Source: Reyranella sp. (lineage in GTDB: Bacteria; Pseudomonadota; Alphaproteobacteria; Reyranellales; Reyranellaceae). From it: a stretch of 64,000 bases of DNA. Shown here piece after piece: positions 28,249 to 39,121 of this stretch. The stretch spans positions 26,194 through 90,193 of the forward strand of contig NZ_JBFWZI010000007.1 of the NCBI RefSeq assembly GCF_050185545.1, written 5' to 3'. Numbering within the stretch: position 1 is the first letter of the stretch; every line of letters starts with the position of its first letter. The position numbers and the translations under genes were made by a program. The notes beneath the pieces were generated by a model, which was given only the letters and a program-made list of their open reading frames with translations, made no database searches and was not told where the DNA came from.

Positions 28249-29604
28249 CTACTCCTCTGCGTCACGCCGAAAGGGATCGGCTGGCTCCGCCAGGCCCATG
28301 TTGGCGCGCAGGGTCGTGCCGGGATAGTCCGGCGGACGCAGGCCGCGGCGCTGAAGCTCGGGCACCACCAGCTCGACGAAATCGCGCAGGCTGCGCGGCT
28401 GCACCGGCATGGAGAGCATGAACCCGTCGCAGGCCTTGCTGGTGTACCAATCCTCCATCACGTCGGCGACATGGCGGGCATCGCCCTTCACCGTGTTGCC
28501 GCCCATCGACGACAGGACGCGCTCGGCGGTGCGCCGCACGCTCAGCCCTTCGCGCGCCGCCATGTCGAGCACCGACCGGCCGATCGCGGTGCCGCCGACG
28601 CTCTCCTCGAGCTTCTGCGGCATCGGGCCATCGAGATCGGCCCCCGTCACGTCCAGGCCGACGAGCTTCGACAGGTAGCTGACGGCGAGCGCCGGCGAGA
28701 TCAGCCCCTGCAGTTCCTCGTACAACGCGTCGGCCTCGGCGCTGGTGTGGCCAACGAAGACGCTCAGCGCCGGCAGGATGCGCAGAGCCTCCGGCGGCCG
28801 ACCGTACTTGGGCATGCGGCCCTTGATGTCGGCGTACTCCGCCTGGGCCTGCGCCTTGTTGCTTGCGGTGCCGAACAGCCCTTCGCCGCCATAGGCCGCC
28901 AGCTCCTTGCCGGCATCCGATTGGCCGGCCATGAAGACCACCGGCTGGCCCTGCGGCGCGCGCGCCACGTTGAGCGGACCCTTGACCGCGAAGTGGTTGC
29001 CGCGATGGTTGGTCAGGCGCACGCGGGTCGGGTCGAGATATTGGCCGGTCGACTTGTCCTGAACGAAGGCATCGCTTGCCCACGAATCCCAGAGCGCACG
29101 TACGACATCGAGGCTCTCCCACGCCCGCTCGTAGCGCTCGAGGCGGCCCATATGCTCGTCGCGGCCGAAATTCTTGGCATCCTCGACGTACTGCGTCGTG
29201 ACCAGGTTCCAGCCGGCACGGCCGCCGCTCAGATGGTCGAGCGAGGCGAACTTGCGGGCGATGGTGAAAGGTTCCTCGTAGGTCGTGGTCGTTGTCGCGA
29301 CCAGGCCGATATGCCTGGTGTGCTGCGCCAGGGCGGCGAACAGGGTCACCGGCTCGAATACGGCCGGCCGATCGGACGGGCTGTTCGCCGCGAACAGGGC
29401 AGGCTTGTCCATCTGTCGCACGCCGTTGCCGTCGGCCAGGAACATCAGGTCCAGCATTCCGCGTTCGGCGATTTTGGCCATCTCGATCATGCAGTCGAGC
29501 CGCATGGTGGTCGTGGGAAACGAGTCGGGATGACGCCAGCCGCCAAGATGGCCGCCCAGCGCGCCGCCGGTGAAGCCCAGGATCATCGCCGAGCCATGCC
29601 TCAT
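28249..29604 (-). CDS. NtaA/SnaA/DszA-family FMNH2-dependent monooxygenase (luciferase-like)
   Basis: GWRHP, FLAD, FEPVTL, ARKFASLDHLSGGRAGWNLVT, PQGQPV and VVPELQRRGL. Confidence 0.92.
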   Translation of the reverse strand: MRHGSAMILGFTGGALGGHLGGWRHPDSFPTTTMRLDCMIEMAKIAERGMLDLMFLADGNGVRQMDKPALFAANSPSDRPAVFEPVTLFAALAQHTRHIGLVATTTTTYEEPFTIARKFASLDHLSGGRAGWNLVTTQYVEDAKNFGRDEHMGRLERYERAWESLDVVRALWDSWASDAFVQDKSTGQYLDPTRVRLTNHRGNHFAVKGPLNVARAPQGQPVVFMAGQSDAGKELAAYGGEGLFGTASNKAQAQAEYADIKGRMPKYGRPPEALRILPALSVFVGHTSAEADALYEELQGLISPALAVSYLSKLVGLDVTGADLDGPMPQKLEESVGGTAIGRSVLDMAAREGLSVRRTAERVLSSMGGNTVKGDARHVADVMEDWYTSKACDGFMLSMPVQPRSLRDFVELVVPELQRRGLRPPDYPGTTLRANMGLAEPADPFRRDAEE

Positions 29605-29701
29605 TGAAGGTTTCTACCGCATACGGGTCGAGCGAGTCGCGCGCCACACCGGCATGGCGCAGCGGCAGCGATGTTCGTGCCCGCTTGCCGCCAATAGAGA
29701 A

Positions 29702-29757
29702 AAGGTCCCTCGCCTACGGCGCCTGATGTGGTGAGCGCCGCAGGCGAGGGACCTTCG
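29702..29757. repeat. Hairpin related to the core of the 27.5-kb repeat; possible terminator of the hydroxylase gene
   Basis: AAGGTCCCTCGCCTACGGCGC-N12-GCGCCGCAGGCGAGGGACCTT (21-bp stem, 1 mismatch). Confidence 0.7.
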
Positions 29758-29782
29758 ACTCTGACGGGTCGCGGCCGATCGA

Positions 29783-30589
29783 TCAGGCCGCCTTGGCGAG
29801 CACGGGCGCCGGGGTGCTCTGGTTGCGCGGCGGCACGCCGATGGCGGCGCGTTCGTAGACCGCCTTTACCTCGGCGCTGCGGCGGATGAGGTTGTAGCGG
29901 AGCGAGGTGTAGAGGTTCACCGGGAAGGGCATGCGGGCGTCGAAGTCGATGATCAGCACGACCCGGGTCTGGTCGGTCTGGTTCTTGACCCAGTGTTCGC
30001 GCGTGTCGTCGAACACCAGAGGCTTGCCTTCCTCCCAGAAGAAATGACGCCCGCCGATCTCGATCCAACACTTCTCCGGCTCGGTCGGAACGATCAGCGG
30101 ATAGTGGAAGCGGATCACGCCGGCTGCCGATCCGCGATGGGGCTCGATCTCGGCAAAACCGTGCAGGATGCTGAACAGCGCCGTGTGAACGCCGGGGATG
30201 CGCGAGATCGCGGCATAGGTGTCCGGCACCGCTGCGGTGTTTTCCTTGATCTCGTGGCCCCAGATCTTGAGCAGGAACGTCCGCCAGGCACGGCCCGGCA
30301 CGTAGAGGTCGCGCGGATGGACCTCGTGCAGGGCGGGAATCTCTTCGTGATGGCTCAGGAGGTATTGGAGGTCGGCCTTGATCTTGTCGTGGCTTTTCTG
30401 CAGTTCGCCCAGCACCGGGAAGGCCTTCAGCGCATCATCGCCACCCAGCGGCAGCTTGGGCATGTTGCGCAAGATCCAGTCCGACATCTTGAGATTGAAA
30501 TTTTCGATCGGCTCCTGGGGCACCCAGATGTTCTTGGTGAGATAGAAGCGTCCCTTTTGTCCGACGTTGCTGTTGGCGTCTGTTTCCAT
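29783..30589 (-). CDS. Aspartyl/asparaginyl beta-hydroxylase-domain Fe(II)/2OG dioxygenase (soluble)
   Basis: FSIL, EPHRG, RFHYPLIVP, FDDTREHWVKN and RVVLIIDF; no TM segment. Start uncertain (30589 or 30487). Confidence 0.85.
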   Translation of the reverse strand: METDANSNVGQKGRFYLTKNIWVPQEPIENFNLKMSDWILRNMPKLPLGGDDALKAFPVLGELQKSHDKIKADLQYLLSHHEEIPALHEVHPRDLYVPGRAWRTFLLKIWGHEIKENTAAVPDTYAAISRIPGVHTALFSILHGFAEIEPHRGSAAGVIRFHYPLIVPTEPEKCWIEIGGRHFFWEEGKPLVFDDTREHWVKNQTDQTRVVLIIDFDARMPFPVNLYTSLRYNLIRRSAEVKAVYERAAIGVPPRNQSTPAPVLAKAA

Positions 30590-30753
30590 GTCCGATCCTG
30601 GCACGTCACTCTTTTTCAGGTGCAATTTCTTCTTAACGAGTGTGCAATTCAAGGCTGGTCGCAGGAGAACCGGCGCGGCGGACCGTCTCAATTTCCTACG
30701 TCAAGCCTCGGAAAGCATGTAAGAATTCCAAAGCTAGGTTACTATAATTCACG

Positions 30754-31362
30754 ATGTTTCGCTTCGCTGACGTTCCGTTATCCCTGTCGGGCATGACCCG
30801 GATCACCGGGCGGCGGGTGTTCCTGCGGGCACCCACCATGGACGATTGGGCCGAATGGGCCGAGCTCCGGGCCCGCAGCCGGGCCTTCCTGACGCCCTGG
30901 GAGCCAACCTGGCCGGAGGATTCCCTGGGGCGGGATCATTTCCGTCGGCGACTGCGCCAGCAGGCGCGCGAATGGCGGTCCGGCGAGGCCTTCAGCCTCT
31001 TCGTGTTCACCAACGAGGGCCGGCGGTTGGCCGGCGGCATCAACCTCAGCAACGTCCGGCGCGGCGTCGCCCAGGCGGTGTCGGTGGGTTATTGGATGGG
31101 CCAGCCATTCGCCGGCCAGGGCCTGATGACGGACGCCCTGCGGGCGACTCTGCCATTCGTGTTCGACGATCTGCGGCTGCACCGCCTGGAGGCGGCATGC
31201 CTGCCGCACAACGAGCCCTCCAAGGCGGTCCTGGCTAAGGTCGGATTCCACGAGGAGGGCCTGGCGCGGCAGTACCTGCGCATCAACGGGCATTGGGCCG
31301 ATCACCTGTTGTTCGCCCTGCTGCGTGCCGACTACGATGCCCTGCAGAGGACCGCCCGCTAG
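30754..31362 (+). CDS. RimJ/RimL-family GNAT acetyltransferase
   Basis: FLTPWEP, NVRRGVAQ, GYWMG..AGQGLM, LHRLEAACLPHN and EGLARQYLRING. Confidence 0.9.
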   Translation: MFRFADVPLSLSGMTRITGRRVFLRAPTMDDWAEWAELRARSRAFLTPWEPTWPEDSLGRDHFRRRLRQQAREWRSGEAFSLFVFTNEGRRLAGGINLSNVRRGVAQAVSVGYWMGQPFAGQGLMTDALRATLPFVFDDLRLHRLEAACLPHNEPSKAVLAKVGFHEEGLARQYLRINGHWADHLLFALLRADYDALQRTAR

Positions 31363-31379
31363 GCGGTCGGGAGAACGGG

Positions 31380-32249
31380 ATGCGCAACCTCACGCCGGCC
31401 TCGATAACCCAGGCCTTTGCCGACTATAGCCGGAACGCACCGTCGGAGCGTACGCGGGTGCTGCTGGTCGATCTCGCCCGCCATCTTCATACCTTCGTGC
31501 GCGACAACAAGGTAACGCAGGCCGAGTGGAATGCGGCGATCGACGCCCTGACGCGCGCCACGCAGTTCACCGACGACAAGCGCAACGAATACATTCTGTT
31601 TTCCGACCTGCTCGGCGTCTCCTCGCTGGTCGACATGATCAATTCGGCGACCACGGGCACGCCGTCCTCGGTGCTCGGGCCGTTCCATATCGAGGGTGCC
31701 CCGGAGCTGGCGAACGGCGGCGATCTGTGGCGCGGACAGGTCGGCGAGCCGCTGGTCGTGAGCGGCAGGATCGCCGACGCGACGGGCGCGCCCGCCGCGG
31801 GCACGGTTCTCGCCCTTTGGCAGAATAGCGGCAACGGGCTCTATGCCCAGCAGGATACGACGCAGTCGCCGACCAACTACCACGCGCGCCTGACCGTGGC
31901 TCCCGACGGCAGCTTCGCCTTCTCGACGGTGCGGCCGGTGTCCTACACGGTGCCCGACGACGGTCCGGCCGGAGACATGCTGCGCGCGCTCGGCCGCGAG
32001 GCTTGGCGGCCGGCCCATCTGCACATGATCATCCACGCGCCGGGCCGTAAGCCCTTGATCACCGAGTTCTTTCCCGAGGACGACAAGTATCTCGACAGCG
32101 ACGCGGTGTTCGGCGTGCGCGCCGGCTTGGTCGTGCCGTTCCATCGCCTCGCCGATCGCGCCGCGCTCCCGACCAACCTCGCGGCGCGCGACACCCTGCC
32201 GATGCCGGTCTGGACCGCCAGCCTCGACCTCACGCTGCCGGCGGCGTGA
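31380..32249 (+). CDS. Intradiol ring-cleavage dioxygenase (hydroxyquinol/catechol 1,2-dioxygenase family)
   Basis: SDLLGVS, VLGPF, Fe ligands Tyr (GLYAQQ), Tyr (VSYTVP) and RPAHLH; DSDAVFGV. Confidence 0.9.
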   Translation: MRNLTPASITQAFADYSRNAPSERTRVLLVDLARHLHTFVRDNKVTQAEWNAAIDALTRATQFTDDKRNEYILFSDLLGVSSLVDMINSATTGTPSSVLGPFHIEGAPELANGGDLWRGQVGEPLVVSGRIADATGAPAAGTVLALWQNSGNGLYAQQDTTQSPTNYHARLTVAPDGSFAFSTVRPVSYTVPDDGPAGDMLRALGREAWRPAHLHMIIHAPGRKPLITEFFPEDDKYLDSDAVFGVRAGLVVPFHRLADRAALPTNLAARDTLPMPVWTASLDLTLPAA

Positions 32250-32457
32250 TTTCATCCTCCTCCCCAGCTCCGCTGGCGGGTGTCCGCGTCTTCGCGGACG
32301 GAGGGGGCCAGCGCTGGGAGCGCGCCACTCCGATGGCGCTCTTCATGGTGATTACTCATCTCATGAGCGCCATCGGAGTGGCGCGCTCCCAGCCATGACC
32401 CCTACGTCGCCGTATGACGGCGACACCTTCCCAGCGGAGCTGGGGAGGAGGATGAAA
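32250..32457. repeat. Nested REP mosaic, copy 6 (A-shell + different C doublet)
   Basis: Perfect 27-bp terminal inverted repeat at 32250-32276/32431-32457; inner perfect 29-bp inverted repeat GCTGGGAGCGCGCCACTCCGATGGCGCTC at 32313-32341/32365-32393. Confidence 0.93.
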
Positions 32458-32462
32458 GATTC

Positions 32463-33323
32463 TCACCTCAACCCGGCAAGGAACGCCGCGAGCAGCGGCG
32501 ACCAGATCGCCTGGCCGTTGTCGCTGCCGGCCAGGGTGTGGCCGTCCCTGGCGAACGGGCCCAGCGCCTTGAGCGCGGCGTGGCCGCCGGCGCCGACATA
32601 GGCCTCGACCATGCGGCGGGCGAGGGCTGGCTCGAAGAAGCTGTCATTCCTCGTATAGATCCAAAGCATGGGCACGCGCGCCGTCGCCCCGTAGCGCGCC
32701 GCCGCTTTCACCAACGCCTCGGGCTGGCAATTGCCGATGCCGCCGCCGGGCAGGGGTTGATGGCCACCGCGGCCGCCGGCGAAGTTGATCATGCCCGGCA
32801 CGCCCGGCGGATTGAGGCTCGACAGCGCCACCGTTGCCCAGCCGCCGGCCGATTGCCCGACCACGATGGTTCGATCGGTGGCCACGTACGACAGGGTGCG
32901 CATGTGGTCGATGGTCGCCCTGATGTCCGACGCGCCGTGCAGCCCTGCGGTGTAGTAGTCGGGTGCCGCGCAGCGTCCATAGGTCTCCGCCCAGTCGCCG
33001 CCCGTCTCGCCGTAGCCCCGGCGCAGCGGCAAGGCGACGACATAGCCGCGCGAGATGAACCAGGCCGAAAGCGAGGCGTAGATCGGGCGAAGACTGGCTC
33101 GCTCGCCCTCTGCCGGCGAGCCGTGATTGATGACGGCCAGCGGCCGTCTCGCCCCGTCGGAGGAACGCTTGACGGTGGTCACCAGGCTCGCGCCGCCGGC
33201 TGCCGGGACGCGGACGATTTCCTCACGGAAGGGCTGGGCATGGGCTGCAGATGACGCGAGAACGACGGCGAGCGCGACGATCAGCGCGCGCCGTCCCACC
33301 AATTCGTGAGTTTTGTCGCTCAT
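32463..33323 (-). CDS. Secreted alpha/beta hydrolase (dienelactone hydrolase-like)
   Basis: Signal peptide, INHGS, nucleophile GQSAGG, NDSFF and DGH. Start uncertain. Confidence 0.85.
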   Translation of the reverse strand: MSDKTHELVGRRALIVALAVVLASSAAHAQPFREEIVRVPAAGGASLVTTVKRSSDGARRPLAVINHGSPAEGERASLRPIYASLSAWFISRGYVVALPLRRGYGETGGDWAETYGRCAAPDYYTAGLHGASDIRATIDHMRTLSYVATDRTIVVGQSAGGWATVALSSLNPPGVPGMINFAGGRGGHQPLPGGGIGNCQPEALVKAAARYGATARVPMLWIYTRNDSFFEPALARRMVEAYVGAGGHAALKALGPFARDGHTLAGSDNGQAIWSPLLAAFLAGLR

Positions 33324-33399
33324 GCTCTTCCGGACCGCGAGCGTCCCGCCCGCTCATGATCATGAGCGAGCGGGACGCTCGCGGTCCGGAAGAGCATGA
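33320..33399. repeat. 80-bp loopless palindrome (B doublet, no A shell)
   Basis: 40-bp arms TCATGCTCTTCCGGACCGCGAGCGTCCCGCCCGCTCATGA and its reverse complement, with one mismatch. Confidence 0.93.
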
Positions 33400-33401
33400 T
33401 A

Positions 33402-35600
<2,199 letters not shown>

Positions 35601-35603
35601 TAT

Positions 35604-36380
35604 ATGATGCCCGGTCGGCGGCGCGGCAATGCTAGCGTCGGCGCCGCGATGCCCGACCTGCTGGCCGTTTCCTTCCTGATCAGTGCTGCCATTGCCTGCA
35701 TCGCCGGCATGGTACGGGGCTTTGCCGGATTCGGGGCGGCAATGCTGATGACTCCCGTTTTCTCAGCCCTGCACGGGCCGGCCATCGGCGTTGCGCTTTG
35801 CCTGCTGCTGGAGATCGTGGTCGCCCTGCCGCTGGTGCCGGGCGTGCTCCACCTGGTCGACTGGCGCCGCACCGGCCTGCTGCTGGTGGCCGCCGCAGTC
35901 GGGGTTCCGGTCGGCAACCTGGTGCTGACCTGGTCCGAGCCGGCGCCGATGCGCTGGGCCATCTCGGCGATCGTGCTCGGGGCCGTCGGCCTGCTGGCCA
36001 GCGGCTGGCGATTCTCCGGCAAGCCGCGCGGCACGACGACGTTGGCTGCGGGCGTCAGCAGCGGCTTTCTCAACGGGCTTGCCGGCATGGCCGGTCCGCC
36101 GATCGCCTTCTATTACCTCGCAGGTGACGAAACCGTGACACGGGTTCGGGCCAATCTCACCACATACTTCGTTTTTGTCGATCTGATTGCGCTGGTGACT
36201 TTTCTTTCCCGCGACTTGGTCGACCTGAGCACTGGCATCCTGGGCGCCTGTCTCGCGCCTGCCGTCATTGTCGGCGGCGTGCTGGGCGGCCGGCTGTTTC
36301 CGCTGGCCAGCGAGGCGTTTTACCGTCGGCTTGCGCTCATGCTGTTGGTCGGCGTGGCGATCGGGGCCTTGATCCTGTAA
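35604..36380 (+). CDS. Sulfite exporter TauE/SafE family membrane protein
   Basis: [11 protein letters not shown] and [14 protein letters not shown]; multiple TM helices. Start may be 35649. Confidence 0.85.
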   Translation: MMPGRRRGNASVGAAMPDLLAVSFLISAAIACIAGMVRGFAGFGAAMLMTPVFSALHGPAIGVALCLLLEIVVALPLVPGVLHLVDWRRTGLLLVAAAVGVPVGNLVLTWSEPAPMRWAISAIVLGAVGLLASGWRFSGKPRGTTTLAAGVSSGFLNGLAGMAGPPIAFYYLAGDETVTRVRANLTTYFVFVDLIALVTFLSRDLVDLSTGILGACLAPAVIVGGVLGGRLFPLASEAFYRRLALMLLVGVAIGALIL

Positions 36381-36404
36381 GCCGGACGTCGTAGCGGAGC
36401 GGAC

Positions 36405-37115
36405 ATGACGATCTGGCAAAGAATTGTCGACGGGGCGACACGTCTTGCCAACGGTGAGTCGATCGGCTCGCTGCTCGGCCTCAGCGCACCGTCCGACGAT
36501 GGCGTGCATCCCGGCTTGCGCCAGGTGGGCTTCACCATCGGCGTGATCGCGCTCGGCGCCAAGATGGCCCGCGCCGACGGGCCGGTGTCGGAAATCGAGA
36601 TGGAGGCCTTCCGCGAGTTCTTCCACGTGCCGGCCGGAGAGGAGAAGAACGTCGAGCGGTTCTTCAACCTGGCGAAGCGCGACGTCGCCGGATTCGAGAC
36701 TTACGCCCGCCAGGTCGCAGAATTGTTTCCCGATGCGCCGGAGATCCTGGAGAACGTGCTGGAGGGGCTGTTCGCCATCGCCAAGGCCGACGGGCCGGTC
36801 GATGCGGCCGAGGCCGACTACCTCGCCAAGGTGGCGCGGCTGTTCGGACTCGACAGCAACCGCTTCGAGCGCGCCAAGGCGGCTGCGCTGGGGGTGATCG
36901 AATGCGAGCCCTGCGTCGTGCTCGGCATCGATCCACTGGCGACCGACGAGCAGATCCGAGAGGCCTGGCTGCGCCAGGTGCGCGCCCATCATCCCGACAG
37001 GCTGATCGCGCAGGGGCTGCCGGAGGAAGCGATCGCGATCGCCAACCGCAAGGTCGCGCTGATCAACGATGCCTACGATCGCCTGAGGCGCCAGCGCGGC
37101 CTTGTGCCGGCCTGA
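36405..37115 (+). CDS. DjlA-like co-chaperone (TerB domain + C-terminal J domain)
   Basis: FTIGVIALGAKMARADG, IAKADG and HHPDRL J-domain HPD. Confidence 0.88.
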   Translation: MTIWQRIVDGATRLANGESIGSLLGLSAPSDDGVHPGLRQVGFTIGVIALGAKMARADGPVSEIEMEAFREFFHVPAGEEKNVERFFNLAKRDVAGFETYARQVAELFPDAPEILENVLEGLFAIAKADGPVDAAEADYLAKVARLFGLDSNRFERAKAAALGVIECEPCVVLGIDPLATDEQIREAWLRQVRAHHPDRLIAQGLPEEAIAIANRKVALINDAYDRLRRQRGLVPA

Positions 37116-37131
37116 GCCAGAGGCCGCCAGC

Positions 37132-37821
37132 GTGCAACCGATCGACCTGCCGTCGCCCAACCACGCCGCGCGACCGGCGGGTGGTCCGATCGACATTCTT
37201 GTCCTGCACTACACAGAACTGCCGCTAGAAGAGTCGCTTGCCATCCTGCGCGACGATGGGACGGCCCAGCGTGTCAGCGCCCACTATGTCCTCGACCTCG
37301 ACGGCACGCCCTATCACCTGGTGCCGGAGGAGCGCGCCGCCTGGCATGCGGGTCGCTCGCACTGGCGCGGTCGCGACGCGCTCAACGCCACGTCGATCGG
37401 CATCGAGATCGTCAACCTGCACGGCGATCTGCATGATTATCCAACGCGCCAGATCGAGGCATTGATCGAGCTTTGCCACGACATCGTCGCGCGACATCCG
37501 GCCATTGCGTCGCGCAACGTCGTCGGCCACTCCGACATTGCGCCCAAGCGCAAGATCGATCCCGGCCGACGTTTCCCGTGGGCGGTGCTGGCGCAGTCCG
37601 GCATCGGCCTGTGGCCGCGCGAAGCCCGGGGGAAGCTCGAAGGCGACGTGCAGGCTGCCCTGCAGCGGTTCGGCTACTCGCCAGCCGTCGAGGTCGAGAC
37701 GGCCGACATCATCGCCGCCTTTCAGCGGCGCTTCCGGCCGAACCTCGTCGACGGCATTGCCGACGACGAGACACGCGGGTTGCTCGCCGATCTGCTTGAC
37801 CAGATCGGCTGCGCACCCTAG
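37132..37821 (+). CDS. N-acetylmuramoyl-L-alanine amidase (Amidase_2, AmiD/AmpD-like) with PG-binding tail
   Basis: PSPNH, VLHYT, VSAHY, AWHAG, SIGIEIVN, GHSDIAP, KIDPG and AFQRRFRP. Confidence 0.92.
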   Translation: MQPIDLPSPNHAARPAGGPIDILVLHYTELPLEESLAILRDDGTAQRVSAHYVLDLDGTPYHLVPEERAAWHAGRSHWRGRDALNATSIGIEIVNLHGDLHDYPTRQIEALIELCHDIVARHPAIASRNVVGHSDIAPKRKIDPGRRFPWAVLAQSGIGLWPREARGKLEGDVQAALQRFGYSPAVEVETADIIAAFQRRFRPNLVDGIADDETRGLLADLLDQIGCAP

Positions 37822-37827
37822 CTAGCT

Positions 37828-38218
37828 GGAGTCAGACGGCCGGATGGCTGCGCTGGCTGGGCAACCAGCCGGTGAGGAAAGTCCGGGCTCCACGGAGACA
37901 CGGTGCCGGATAACGTCCGGCGGGGGTGACCCCAGGGAAAGTGCCACAGAAAACAGACCGCCTGTCCGGCTCGCCGGATCGGCAAGGGTGAAATGGTGGG
38001 GCAAGAGCCCACCGCGCGACCGGCAACGGGAGCGGCACGGCAAACCCCACCGGGAGCAAGACCAAATAGGGGCGGCACGCCGGGCAACCGGCAGCGGTGT
38101 TTCCGCGTCGTCGCCCGGGTCGGTCGCGCGAGGCGCCCGGTAACGGGCGTCCCAGAGGAATGGCCATCTCCCGCCTTCGGGCGGGGACAGAACCCGGCTT
38201 ACAGGCCGTCTGACCTGC
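37828..38218 (+). ncRNA. rnpB: RNase P RNA (type A)
   Basis: GAGGAAAGTCCGGGCTCC, AGTGCCACAGAAAA, GGCAAACCCCACCGGGAGCAAG and ACAGAACCCGGCTTA; terminal helix GTCAGACGGC (37831-40) pairs with GCCGTCTGAC (38205-14). Confidence 0.97.
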
Positions 38219-38300
38219 ATTTGCTCGCCCCAACGGAGCGGACACAACGCCCTTCGGGCGCTCCTCCGGATGAGGTCCCCCTCAATTTTAACGCCTATGG

Positions 38301-38327
38301 GGGCACCTCCCCCGATTACGGGGGAGG
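38301..38327. repeat. Solitary A-type hairpin downstream of rnpB
   Basis: GGGCA-CCTCCCCC-GATTAC-GGGGGAGG, the reverse complement of the hairpin at 15310-15331. Confidence 0.7.
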
Positions 38328-38535
38328 GATTCGCGATGTGTCCACCCCGTGGTTTCGTCCCTAAACGGACGAACTTTCGACTCACCTTCGTGAACTTTCG
38401 ACACACTGTCGCGAAATTTTCGCCTCAGGTGTGGCGAATCCACAACACTAGCTCTTGCGTTGGAAACTGGTGAGAGCACAATAGATGTGGTGGTTAAGGT
38501 CTTCAAATTCCATGCAAATCGTCGAATGGCATTGC

Positions 38536-38570
38536 TTCCCTGAAATTCCCGTGATATCCCATTACATCCC
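38536..38570. promoter_or_regulatory. Putative MraZ operator: four WTCCC boxes at 10-bp period
   Basis: TTCCC 38536, TTCCC 38546, ATCCC 38556, ATCCC 38566, about 60 bp upstream of mraZ. Same 5+5 spacing as the known MraZ direct-repeat operators. Confidence 0.7.
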
Positions 38571-38629
38571 GTGTAGCAGACGACGCAGGAGCGTGGGGCA
38601 CCGGCGGCGGGATTCAGAGGGACTCGGCC

Positions 38630-39121
38630 GTGGCATTTCGGTCGGAAATCCTGATCAAACTCGACAAGAAGGGCCGGGCGCTGCTGCCTGCCGCCTTTCG
38701 CGACGAGCTGCCGGCCGACGATCGGAGCGCCTTCGTGCTTTATCACTCGCCGAATCTGACGGGGGTCGTGAACGGCAACTCGCGCAAGGGGTTCGATGCG
38801 ATGCTTGACCGGCTGCGCCTGGAGGCCCTCGGCCCCAAGGGCGCCCTCAAGGTGGCGCTCGACGACGAGGAATTCGATCCGGCCGGCTACCTTTCGGCGA
38901 GCTCGCGAACGGTCGCCATGGAGCCCGATGGCCGCTTCACCATGCCCGGCGAGTTCGCCGAGGCGCTCGAGGCGACCGACGGCGTGATGCTGGTCGGCAA
39001 GGGCGACAAGTTCCAGCTGTGGAATCCGCGGCAGTGGCAGGCCAGGCGCGAGGTGGACCGCACCAGGATGGCGGCTTTCGTGCGCAGCCTTGCGGCGGGT
39101 GATCCGAGGGGCGACGCATGA
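38630..39121 (+). CDS. mraZ: Division/cell-wall cluster regulator MraZ (divergent)
   Basis: LDKKGR and MEPDGR repeats, [12 protein letters not shown]; first gene of the dcw cluster. Confidence 0.88.
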   Translation: MAFRSEILIKLDKKGRALLPAAFRDELPADDRSAFVLYHSPNLTGVVNGNSRKGFDAMLDRLRLEALGPKGALKVALDDEEFDPAGYLSASSRTVAMEPDGRFTMPGEFAEALEATDGVMLVGKGDKFQLWNPRQWQARREVDRTRMAAFVRSLAAGDPRGDA

